A stretch of DNA of 64,000 nucleotides from the NCBI GenBank assembly GCA_965215505.1, contig OZ244065.1, positions 1,312,001-1,376,000 on the forward strand. The letters are read 5' to 3'. The translations under genes were made by a program, and so were the position numbers. Positions 9,046-17,540 of this stretch are shown here, piece by piece (within the stretch, counting starts at the first letter, position 1; each line of letters begins with the position of its first letter). The notes under the pieces were generated by a model. The model worked only from the letters and a program-made list of their open reading frames with translations. It searched no databases and was not told where the DNA came from. Origin of the DNA: Capsulimonadaceae bacterium (lineage in GTDB: Bacteria > Armatimonadota > Armatimonadia > Armatimonadales > Capsulimonadaceae).

Positions 9046-9615
9046 ATGCCCGGTCAGCACCTCCCGCCCGCCGCGACCCTGCTGTTCGTGGCGTTCATCG
9101 GCTTCATGCTCTATCGTAGGTATCGGGGGATGGTGGGCCGGCAGCCTCTCGTCCCAAGCAGTCTGACGCTGCGGGTCGTCCTCCTGGGGGCCGTCACCCT
9201 GCTGTTCCTCCTCCCCACGTTGAGTCACGCCGCCGCTGCCGCCGCCGCTCTGGCCGGCCTCGTCGTCGGCGGACTGATCGGGCTGGCGGGGCTGAGTCTC
9301 ACCCGGTTCGAGCGCGCGCCGGACCGGGACTACTACACGCCCAACACCTACCTCGGGCTGGCCGTGTTCGGCGTCCTCCTGGCCCGGCTTGCCTACAACT
9401 TCATGCGGGTTTCGGCGCAGATGCAGACTCTCCCCGCCGGGCAGCCGCCGCCGGCGGGTTTCGGCAGCCTCACGGCCAACCCGCTGACGGCCGCCCTGCT
9501 GCTGATGGTCCTCGGCTACTACCTTGTCTATGGTGCCGGCCTGCTGCTGTGGGTCCGCCGGAATCCACCGGGGTCGGACATCCACGGGGGCTTCAGCCAG
9601 CCCAAGCGTTTCTGA
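9046..9615 (+). CDS. CcdC/DUF1453-like membrane protein
   Basis: About 5 TM segments, with 'YRRYRGMVGRQPL' and 'TRFE...YYTPNTYLG...RLAY'. Confidence 0.65.
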   Translation: MPGQHLPPAATLLFVAFIGFMLYRRYRGMVGRQPLVPSSLTLRVVLLGAVTLLFLLPTLSHAAAAAAALAGLVVGGLIGLAGLSLTRFERAPDRDYYTPNTYLGLAVFGVLLARLAYNFMRVSAQMQTLPAGQPPPAGFGSLTANPLTAALLLMVLGYYLVYGAGLLLWVRRNPPGSDIHGGFSQPKRF

Positions 9616-9654
9616 CCAGACATCAATGCCAATGAAGGAAGAAGGAACAGACAC

Positions 9655-10656
9655 ATGGCAGACACAATCCGGTTCGGAGTGATCGGGACGGGCGGCATGG
9701 CCCAGGGCCACATCGAGCGGCTGCTGAAGATGTCCGATGTCGAAGTAGCCGCGTTCGCGGACATCAGCGAGCAGAGCCTTCAAAGGACGCGGGACAAGCA
9801 CGGCGAGGCGGTCGCCGCCGTCCCGACGTTCTCGGACTACCGGGAGATGCTGGAGAGGGCGAAGCTGGACGCCCTGCTCATCGCCACGCCGCACACGCTG
9901 CACTACCAGATGGCGGTGGACAGCCTGGACGCCGGGGCGCATGTGCTGCTGGAAAAGCCGATGGTCAACACGGTCACGGACGCCCACGCGCTGCTGAAAA
10001 AGATCGAGGAGACGGGAAAAGTCGTCGGGCTGGCCTACCAGCGCCACGGCCTGCCGCACTTCCGGTACATCAAGGAGAAGATCGAGTCGGGCGAGTTCGG
10101 GGCGGTCCAGTTCGTCAACGCCTTGCAGCAGCAGGGCTGGGCGAAGGGGACGGCCGGGTCCTGGCGTCAAGACCCCGCCCTGTCCGGCGGCGGCCAGATC
10201 AACGACAGCGGCTCACACCTGCTGGACATCGTCCTGTGGACGACGGGGCTTGCCCCCGAAAAGGTGTCCGCGTTCATGGACAACCGCGGCACGCCCGTGG
10301 ACATCAACAGCGCCCTCTCCATCCGGTTTACCAGCGGCGCGCAGGGCAACATCTCGGTCGTGGGCGACGCGGCGGGGTGGTACGAGGACATCACGGTCTG
10401 GTGCGACAACGGCTCGTTCTATGTCCGCAACGACGGCACGTTCCGTGTGCAGGGGACGGACGGCAAGACTTTCTCGCCCGACGCCGCGCAGATGCCGGCC
10501 GGCTCGGACGTGGACACGAACTTCATCCACGCCATCCAAGGAACGGAAGAGATCGCCGCCAAGCCGATCAACGGCCTGCGGACCATCGAGCTGACCGAGG
10601 CCGCCTGGGAGTCGGCCAAGGCGGGCGGGCAGCTCACGCCGGTGAAGTGGTCGTAG
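9655..10656 (+). CDS. Gfo/Idh/MocA family oxidoreductase
   Basis: GVIGTGGMA, ATPHTLH, EKPM, GGGQINDSGSH. RBS GAAGGAA. Confidence 0.92.
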   Translation: MADTIRFGVIGTGGMAQGHIERLLKMSDVEVAAFADISEQSLQRTRDKHGEAVAAVPTFSDYREMLERAKLDALLIATPHTLHYQMAVDSLDAGAHVLLEKPMVNTVTDAHALLKKIEETGKVVGLAYQRHGLPHFRYIKEKIESGEFGAVQFVNALQQQGWAKGTAGSWRQDPALSGGGQINDSGSHLLDIVLWTTGLAPEKVSAFMDNRGTPVDINSALSIRFTSGAQGNISVVGDAAGWYEDITVWCDNGSFYVRNDGTFRVQGTDGKTFSPDAAQMPAGSDVDTNFIHAIQGTEEIAAKPINGLRTIELTEAAWESAKAGGQLTPVKWS

Positions 10657-10715
10657 GAGGGCGCGCAGGCAGACAGGAGAGCGCGGCAAGCAGCGCCCCT
10701 ACACACAACCCGCGT

Positions 10716-11777
10716 CTACTCATGCGCCATCCGGTCCGCGATGTGGGCGACGATCTCGACCGCACAGCGGCGGGACTCGAGGATGATGTTGGCGCGGGAC
10801 AGCGACCCGGCGATGTAGAGGCCGGGCACTTCGGACTCGGAAGTCTCCTTGTCGTAGAGGGGCAGGCCGTCCGGGGCCAGCGGCACGCTCAGATGGGCGA
10901 ACAGCGTCCGGTCCGCCGTGTGGCCGATGAGGGCGAACACGAAGTCGTTGGGCAGCGTCGAGCGGGGAGCCTCCGCGCCCGGCGCGGCCTCGCCATAGGC
11001 GATGTGCGCCAGATCCACGCTGTGGGGCGCGACGCAGGCGACGCGGACGTCCGTGATCAGCGTCAGGCGCTTCTCGTCGGCCATGATCTTCAGGTCACGC
11101 ACGATGAACGGGCGCAAGTGGCTCTGGTAGTCGGCGGGCGCGCGGCGCATGGCGATCGTGACGCGCGCCCCCGCCTCGGCCAGAGTCATCGCGCCGGTCG
11201 CCGCCGAGTTGCCGCCGCCCACCACCAGCACATCGCGCCCGAAGAAGGGCGTCGGGTCGGCCAGCCGCGTGAACACTTTGGGCAGGTCGCCCCCCGGAAC
11301 GTCCAGCGGGCGCGGGTTCGGGAACGTACCGGTGCAGATCAGCAGGAACCGGGTGCGGCGCTCGATCACCTCTCCCTCCCCCGCCCGGCGGCGGACCGAG
11401 CGGACCGCGAAATGGCCCTCGGGCGGGGCCGGGCCGACGCGCCTGACGTCCACCACCTCCTCCCAGGTCACAAGCGGCAGGTTCCGCGACGATGCCACGG
11501 CGCGGTAGTAGGCCAGGGCGTCCTCGCGCGTCGGTTTGTGCCCGCCGGCCATGAAGAACGGCACGCCGCCGACGGCAAGTTCGTCGGACGGGGAGAAGTA
11601 CTGGATCTGCTGCGGGTGTTCCACCAGCGATTGGACGGGGCCGCTCCGCTCCACCACGACGTGTGACAGGCCGGCCTCCTGGGCCGCGCAGGAGGCGGCC
11701 AGGCCGGCGGGTCCCGCGCCGACGATCAGCAGGTCCAGGGTCTTGTCTGGGATATTCTCTTGGGTCGTGTCTTCCAT
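10716..11777 (-). CDS. YpdA-like FAD/NADPH oxidoreductase (putative bacillithiol disulfide reductase family)
   Basis: GAGPAG, 'KPTREDALAYYR', VVGGGNSA, 'NDFVFALIGH', 'ESEVPGLYIAGS...IILESR'. Confidence 0.75.
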   Translation of the reverse strand: MEDTTQENIPDKTLDLLIVGAGPAGLAASCAAQEAGLSHVVVERSGPVQSLVEHPQQIQYFSPSDELAVGGVPFFMAGGHKPTREDALAYYRAVASSRNLPLVTWEEVVDVRRVGPAPPEGHFAVRSVRRRAGEGEVIERRTRFLLICTGTFPNPRPLDVPGGDLPKVFTRLADPTPFFGRDVLVVGGGNSAATGAMTLAEAGARVTIAMRRAPADYQSHLRPFIVRDLKIMADEKRLTLITDVRVACVAPHSVDLAHIAYGEAAPGAEAPRSTLPNDFVFALIGHTADRTLFAHLSVPLAPDGLPLYDKETSESEVPGLYIAGSLSRANIILESRRCAVEIVAHIADRMAHE

Positions 11778-11847
11778 GCCCCCATTGTACCCCGTTACGG
11801 GAATCGCGCCCCGTTAGAGACGCCGCGTTTCCAGGTACAATAACCCC

Positions 11848-13254
11848 ATGTTGTTTCGGAAAAGAACCCGGCTGATGCGCGCCTCCAGCCTCCTCCCCCC
11901 GCTCCTCGCCGCCCTCCTCCTAGTCGCCCCTGTTCCCGGTCGCGCGGAGACGGCGGCGGCGCTGCCGACATCCACGGCGGGCAATGTCGAACTGGGCACC
12001 GTCACCGAGTACACGCTCCCGAACGGCCTGCAAGTGCTTGTCGCGCCCTCAAACGCCGCCGACCTGGTCACGATGGACGTCTGGGTCGGGGCCGGGACGC
12101 GGCGCGAGACGGCGGAAAACAACGGCGTCGCGCACTTCATGGAACACCTGATCTTCAAGGGCACCCCGACTCGCAAGCCGGGCGACATTGACGCCGCCAT
12201 CGAGGACCTGGGCGGGACTCTGAACGCGGCTACGAGCTACGACTGGGCGCACTTCTACGGCACGGTCGTTTCCGCCGACGCCCCCGCCGCCCTGGCCGTG
12301 CTGGGGGACGCCCTGATGAACTCGGAGATGCGTCAGGCCGACATAGACGCCGAGAAGCCGGTCATCCTCAGCGAGATGGCGCGCGAGGAGAACAGCGCGA
12401 CGACGCGCGTGAACCGCGTCTTCAACGCGCTCAGTTTCCCCACTCATCCCTACGGGCGGCCCCTGCTTGGCACAGCCTCCAACATCTCCGACATGCCGCG
12501 CAAGACGGTCGTTGACTTCTACCACACCTATTACGCGCCCGCCAACGCGACTCTGATCCTGGCCGGGCGGATCACGCCCGAGGAGGGCCTGGCGCTCGCC
12601 CGGAAGACCTTCGGGGCGTGGCCCGCCCGCGCCGTGCCCGACGACAAGGTGCTGCCCGAAGCGCCGCAGGTCGGGGTCCGCGTCCGCAACCTGACGGCCC
12701 CCGCCCGGCGCGGCTTCTTGCAGCTCGGCTTCCGCGCCCCGTCCGTGCGCGACAAGCCCGACGCCTGGGTGATGGACGTCCTGATGACCCTGCTCGGCCA
12801 GGGCGGCAACAACCGGCTGGAACAGGATCTCGAGCGCAAAAAGAAGCTGGTCACGGCCATCAACACGAGCTACCTGACCCAGCGCGATCCGGGCACGATG
12901 AGCGTCACGGCCGAGTTCGACCCCGGCGACTATGACACCGTCCGCAAGGCGATCCTCGCCGAGACGGCGGCCCTGCGCGACACGCCCGTCTCGCCCGAGG
13001 AGCTGGCCGCCGCCAAGCATACCTTGCTGGCCTCTTACCTGTTCGACGCCCAGACCAACTCGGGCCGGGCGGACGCGCTGGGCTTCTACAGCCGGATCGA
13101 CTCGTACAAGTACGACGTTGACTATGTGGACAACTTCGAGGCCGTCACGCCTGACATGGTCCAGGGCGTCGCGCGCAAGTACCTGATCCCGGACGCTTAT
13201 GTCCTGGTCACGCTGCTGCCCGTCCCCGACCCCATCACCGCCTCACGGCATTAA
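11848..13254 (+). CDS. M16B zinc peptidase, catalytic subunit
   Basis: Inverted zinc motif HFMEH, plus NAATSYD and HPYGRPLLG. Has a signal peptide. Confidence 0.9.
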   Translation: MLFRKRTRLMRASSLLPPLLAALLLVAPVPGRAETAAALPTSTAGNVELGTVTEYTLPNGLQVLVAPSNAADLVTMDVWVGAGTRRETAENNGVAHFMEHLIFKGTPTRKPGDIDAAIEDLGGTLNAATSYDWAHFYGTVVSADAPAALAVLGDALMNSEMRQADIDAEKPVILSEMAREENSATTRVNRVFNALSFPTHPYGRPLLGTASNISDMPRKTVVDFYHTYYAPANATLILAGRITPEEGLALARKTFGAWPARAVPDDKVLPEAPQVGVRVRNLTAPARRGFLQLGFRAPSVRDKPDAWVMDVLMTLLGQGGNNRLEQDLERKKKLVTAINTSYLTQRDPGTMSVTAEFDPGDYDTVRKAILAETAALRDTPVSPEELAAAKHTLLASYLFDAQTNSGRADALGFYSRIDSYKYDVDYVDNFEAVTPDMVQGVARKYLIPDAYVLVTLLPVPDPITASRH

Positions 13255-13276
13255 CGCATTCAAAGGAACACGTCCC

Positions 13277-14659
13277 GTGCTGAAACGCTTCTCTCAGGCC
13301 CTCCTCCTCGGTGCGCTGGCCGCACTCTGCGGCCCCGCCGTCCGCGCCGACCAGGGTGCCCCCGTCAAGACGACGCTGCCGAACGGCCTGCGGATCATCT
13401 GCAAGCCTGAGGCGGACACGCCCCTGGTCGCCATTGACGTGTTCGTCCGCGCGGGCGCACCGCAGGAGACGGCGGCACAGGTGGGCATCGGCAGTTTCGT
13501 CGCGCACACCCTTTTCGCCTCGACGCGGGACAGCACGCCGGAGATCATGACGCGCGACGTCAACGCCCTGGGCGGCAACGTCTCGGCGGCCTGGCACCCC
13601 GACTGGACGCAGATCGCCGCGCTCACCGTCAAAGACAAGTTCCCGGACGCCGTCTTCCTGCTGGCGAACAGCCTGAAGAACGCCGACTTCGACGCGGCCG
13701 CCGTCGAGGACGCGCGGCAGCGGATTCTCTCGGAACTGGATAACCGCGACGCCGACCTGTTCCAGACCGCCTATGGCAACCTGGAGAAGACGCTGTACGG
13801 CGGCACCTCCTATGCCCGCCCGGAAGGCGGCACGGCGGACTCGATACGACGCCTGACGCGCGCCGACCTGGTCCGCTACTACACCCGCTACTACGTCCCG
13901 CAGGACATCGTGTTCGTCGTCGTCGGCAACGTCACGCCCCAGGAGGCGCAGCAGCAGATCACCGACGCCCTGGACGACTTCCCGCGCCCCGGCCGCCCCG
14001 CCCCCGGCTTCGCCGAACCGCTGCCGCCGCTTGCGGGCGACGTCCCGCCGGTCCGGGTCTACCAGCCCGACCTTGACCAGGAGATCGTCATGGCCGGCTT
14101 CCGGGCCGCCCCCACCTCCGGCCCCGACTACCCGGCCCTGCTGGTCGCCAACGCCCTGCTCGGCGGCATGAAGTCGGGGAGGCTGTTCACCCAGCTCCGC
14201 GAGAAGCAGGGCCTGGCATATGAACTCGGCTCCGTCTACAACCCGCGCCTGGCCTCGGGCGATCTGGCGGGCTACGTCTACGGCGCTCCCACCAAGACGG
14301 ACCCCGTCACCAAAAAAGACGTCACGACAGTAGGCCCGATCAAGGAAGGCCTGCTCGCACAGTTCACCGCGCTTCAGACTGCGCCCCCCACGGCTGCCGA
14401 ACTGTCCCGCGCCAAGCACTTCCTGATCGGCTCCTACGCCCTCCGCCACGAGCGCATCGAGGACCGCGCCGCCCTGCTCGGTGCCGCTGAGCTGTCCGCG
14501 CCGGACGGCTACCGCCTGGACACCGACTACGCCAAATACGTCAATGCCGTCACCGCCGCCGACGTGCAGCGGGTCGCCCTGAAATACTTCGTCCACCCCG
14601 TCATCTCCACGGTCGAGCCGACGGCGAAGGGCGGCGGCGCGGGCGCGGCGGGCGGGTAA
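13277..14659 (+). CDS. M16B peptidase, non-catalytic partner subunit
   Basis: M16 fold (TTLPNGLR, RLFTQLREKQGLAY) but HxxEH is replaced by SFVAH. GTG start after AAAGGA. Confidence 0.88.
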   Translation: MLKRFSQALLLGALAALCGPAVRADQGAPVKTTLPNGLRIICKPEADTPLVAIDVFVRAGAPQETAAQVGIGSFVAHTLFASTRDSTPEIMTRDVNALGGNVSAAWHPDWTQIAALTVKDKFPDAVFLLANSLKNADFDAAAVEDARQRILSELDNRDADLFQTAYGNLEKTLYGGTSYARPEGGTADSIRRLTRADLVRYYTRYYVPQDIVFVVVGNVTPQEAQQQITDALDDFPRPGRPAPGFAEPLPPLAGDVPPVRVYQPDLDQEIVMAGFRAAPTSGPDYPALLVANALLGGMKSGRLFTQLREKQGLAYELGSVYNPRLASGDLAGYVYGAPTKTDPVTKKDVTTVGPIKEGLLAQFTALQTAPPTAAELSRAKHFLIGSYALRHERIEDRAALLGAAELSAPDGYRLDTDYAKYVNAVTAADVQRVALKYFVHPVISTVEPTAKGGGAGAAGG

Positions 14660-14676
14660 CGAATCAGAGGTGAAAA

Positions 14677-14898
14677 ATGAACAGGCGCGTCTTGAGGTTC
14701 ATGTATGCGGGTGTTGCAGGATTTGCAGCGTTCTGTGCGATGGTTGATTACCAGGAAGCCCATGCCTATTCGCGCCGCGTTATACAGGACATGTTTTTCG
14801 GCGTACTGTGGCTGCTTCTTGCAGTCTTTTCCCCCTATCTCCCGACGCTGGGCAAGCCTCTATTTCAGAGAAGGCCGAAGCCGCTCCGCAAACCTTGA
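14677..14898 (+). CDS. small two-TM hypothetical protein
   Basis: RBS GAGGTG, two hydrophobic segments, AT-richer composition. Confidence 0.6.
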   Translation: MNRRVLRFMYAGVAGFAAFCAMVDYQEAHAYSRRVIQDMFFGVLWLLLAVFSPYLPTLGKPLFQRRPKPLRKP

Positions 14899-14916
14899 CT
14901 GCCGAGTAACTGACAG

Positions 14917-15417
14917 ATGACAACCATACGCCGAGCCAGGCCGCAGGACGGCCCGGCTCTATTCACATTGGCCCGCGCCTTCGCCACCTCGTTCGCCGTG
15001 GAGCAGCCCGCATTTGGGCGATCGTTCGGGGAGCTGCTCACGCACCCGGAGGCGTTCATTGCCGTGGCGGAGGCAGAAGGGGAGATCATGGGCTATGTCC
15101 TCGGCTTTGAACACCTGACGTTCTTCGCGAACGGCCGCGTGGCCTCGGTGGAGGAGATCATGGTCGCCGAGGCGTTCCGGCGGCGGGGCGTGGGGCGGCG
15201 TCTGATGGAGGCGTTTGAGGCGTGGGCGGTGGGCCGTGAGGCGAAGATGATCGCGCTGGCGACGCGCCGGGCTGCGGAGTTCTATGAGACGCAGGGATAC
15301 GAGGAGTCGGCGATATATTTCCGCAAACGGCTGCCACAGGGGAGCCACCAGGAGTTTGAGGCGGTTTTGGCGGAAGTGCCAACTGTACCGCCCGGCCCGC
15401 GAGACACAGAGACATAA
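14917..15417 (+). CDS. GNAT family N-acetyltransferase
   Basis: 'IRRARPQD', 'VEEIMVAEAFRRRGVGRRLM', 'AAEFYETQGY'. Confidence 0.88.
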   Translation: MTTIRRARPQDGPALFTLARAFATSFAVEQPAFGRSFGELLTHPEAFIAVAEAEGEIMGYVLGFEHLTFFANGRVASVEEIMVAEAFRRRGVGRRLMEAFEAWAVGREAKMIALATRRAAEFYETQGYEESAIYFRKRLPQGSHQEFEAVLAEVPTVPPGPRDTET

Positions 15418-15427
15418 AGACGGAGAA

Positions 15428-15459
15428 ACGCCCGGCCCCCTGTACAGAGGGCCGGGCGT
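15428..15459. terminator. GC-rich hairpin between convergent genes
   Basis: ACGCCCGGCCC...GGGCCGGGCGT. The U-tract is weak. Confidence 0.55.
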
Positions 15460-15473
15460 ATTGGCCGATCAGC

Positions 15474-16106
15474 CTATTTGGCGAGGGCGGCGCGCTTGCT
15501 CTGGCCGCGTCCCAGGCCGCGCTTGAAGGGGGCGCGGTGGACGATCTCGGTGTAGTCCAGGCCGGCGGCGGTCAGGGCCTTGTGCCAGGAGTCGAAGCGG
15601 CGGCGGGCGGCCGTGATGAGGGTGATGTCCTCCAGCTCCATGTTCTTGGCGTTCAGCTCCTTGCCGTCGCGGTGGAACTCGCGGACCATCTCCAGGATGC
15701 GGTCGTCGTCCCACTCGCGGTAGCGGCGGATGGAGTCGTAGTCCAGGCCGGCGGCTTCCAGGGCCTCACGCCAGGAGCCGAAGTGGCTCTTCTTGGTGGC
15801 GGCGGCGGCGAGCTGCGGGTCCACGTTCAGGCAGACATTGCGCCAGGACAGGTCCACGTTCTGCGCGTGCAGCTCCTTGACTCGGGCGATGATGCGCTCG
15901 CGGCTCCAGGACTTGTAGCGGCGGATGGAGTCGTAGTCCAGGCCGGCGAAGCGGACGGCGTCTTCCCAGGTGCCGAAGTAGCGGGTGGCGGCACGCAGCA
16001 GGGAGAGGTTGTTGGTAGCGACGCTGGAGTAGTTGAGATTCTCGCCGGACTCGTACATGCTGAGAATCTCGAGTGCGATTGCGTCTTTGTTCCATTTACG
16101 ATGCAT
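15474..16106 (-). CDS. protein of three helical repeats (homing-endonuclease-associated-repeat-like)
   Basis: Three ~65-aa units 'W..E.I...I..L......L....V....L..AA..YFGSW..AL..AGLDY..I'. AGGAGA RBS before ATG 16106; alternative GTG at 16130. Confidence 0.8.
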   Translation of the reverse strand: MHRKWNKDAIALEILSMYESGENLNYSSVATNNLSLLRAATRYFGTWEDAVRFAGLDYDSIRRYKSWSRERIIARVKELHAQNVDLSWRNVCLNVDPQLAAAATKKSHFGSWREALEAAGLDYDSIRRYREWDDDRILEMVREFHRDGKELNAKNMELEDITLITAARRRFDSWHKALTAAGLDYTEIVHRAPFKRGLGRGQSKRAALAK

Positions 16107-16253
16107 TGAACGGGTTTCTCCTGTAGTCACTGTCTATTCTTACTGTCTCAGAGGAACGCCGCGCACGGCACTGTCACGTCGCGTATTGGGCCTTCTGCGG
16201 AGAAGGACTTGATGAGCAGCCTTGAGTGGGATCGCAACGGTCGCGACAGAGTT

Positions 16254-16282
16254 ATTATACTTAAAATATACGCAAAGGTCAA
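16254..16282 (-). promoter_or_regulatory. near-consensus sigma70 promoter for the repeat-protein gene
   Basis: The minus strand reads TTGACC-N17-TATAAT. Confidence 0.8.
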
Positions 16283-16367
16283 CAATTTTATATAAAAGTT
16301 TTATTAAGTTTCCGTTAAGTTTTCCGGCTGTTATATGCTAAACTAGGGCAAATGGAAAGGGACAACG

Positions 16368-17540
16368 ATGCCGACCTTATCTGACCCGATATCCGAACCG
16401 CTATCCGCCCTGCTCTCCGACAGGCCCGAAACCGCCTCCCCGTCCGTCGCCGTGGCGGACCACATCACCCGCCTGCGGCCCTATGTGCCGGGCAAGCCCA
16501 TCGAGGAAGTGCAGCGCGAATTGGGCCTGACGGACGTGATCAAGCTGGCCTCCAACGAGAACCCGCTCGGCCCCTCGCCGCGCGCCCTCGAGGCGCTCAC
16601 GGCGGCGGCGAGTGGCGTCGCGCTCTATCCCGAAGGCAGTGCGCCGGTCCTGCGGCGGGCCGTCGCGAAGGCGGTGGGGATGCCCGAGGACACCCTGGTT
16701 TTCGGTAACGGGAGCGACGAGGTCCTGCACCTGCTGGCCCTGACCTACTTGCAGCCGGGCGACGAAACCGTGCAGGGCGACCCTTCATTTGCCATGTACG
16801 AGATCTACGCGACCCAGTGCGATGCTCTTCCCATCAAAGTCCCCCTCCGAAACTTCACGCACGACCTGGACGCCATGGCGGCCGCCGTCACCGACCGGAC
16901 ACGCATGGTGTTCATCGCGAACCCGAACAACCCCACCGGCACCCTCGTCCGGCGCGAGGCCGTGGCAAAATTCCTGGACCGCATCCCCCGCGACGTGCTG
17001 GTTGTCCTGGACGAAGCCTACGACGAGTACGTTGACGTCCCCGACAAGCCCGACCTGCGTGCCCTCGTGCTGGAAGGCCGCAACGTGGTCATCCTCCACA
17101 CCTTCTCCAAGGCTTACGGCCTGGCGGGCCTGCGCGTCGGCTACGGCATCATGCGCCCCGAAATCGCCGCCCTGCTGAACCGCGTCCGCTCGCCCTTCAA
17201 CGTCAACCTGCCCGCCCAGGCCGCCGCCGCCGCCGCCCTGGAGGATACGGACCACGTCGCCCGCACCGTCGCCCTGAACGCCGAGGGCCGGGACTACTTC
17301 TACCGTGAGTTCGAGCGCATGGGCCTGGACTACGTCCCCAGCGAGGGCAACTTCGTCCTGGTAGATGTTGGCCGGGACGCCCGCTCGGTCTTCGAGGCCT
17401 TGCAGCACAAAGGCGTCATCGTCCGCTCCGCGCACGGGATGGGCCTGCCGCGCCACATCCGCGTGACGACAGGGACCATGCCGCAGAACCGGCGGTTCAT
17501 CGCGGCTCTGACGGAAGTGCTAACAAAGGAAGTTCAATGA
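16368..17540 (+). CDS. hisC: histidinol-phosphate aminotransferase
   Basis: KLASNENPLG, GNGSDE, NPNNPTG, DEAY, TFSKAYGLAGLRVGY. Confidence 0.95.
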   Translation: MPTLSDPISEPLSALLSDRPETASPSVAVADHITRLRPYVPGKPIEEVQRELGLTDVIKLASNENPLGPSPRALEALTAAASGVALYPEGSAPVLRRAVAKAVGMPEDTLVFGNGSDEVLHLLALTYLQPGDETVQGDPSFAMYEIYATQCDALPIKVPLRNFTHDLDAMAAAVTDRTRMVFIANPNNPTGTLVRREAVAKFLDRIPRDVLVVLDEAYDEYVDVPDKPDLRALVLEGRNVVILHTFSKAYGLAGLRVGYGIMRPEIAALLNRVRSPFNVNLPAQAAAAAALEDTDHVARTVALNAEGRDYFYREFERMGLDYVPSEGNFVLVDVGRDARSVFEALQHKGVIVRSAHGMGLPRHIRVTTGTMPQNRRFIAALTEVLTKEVQ

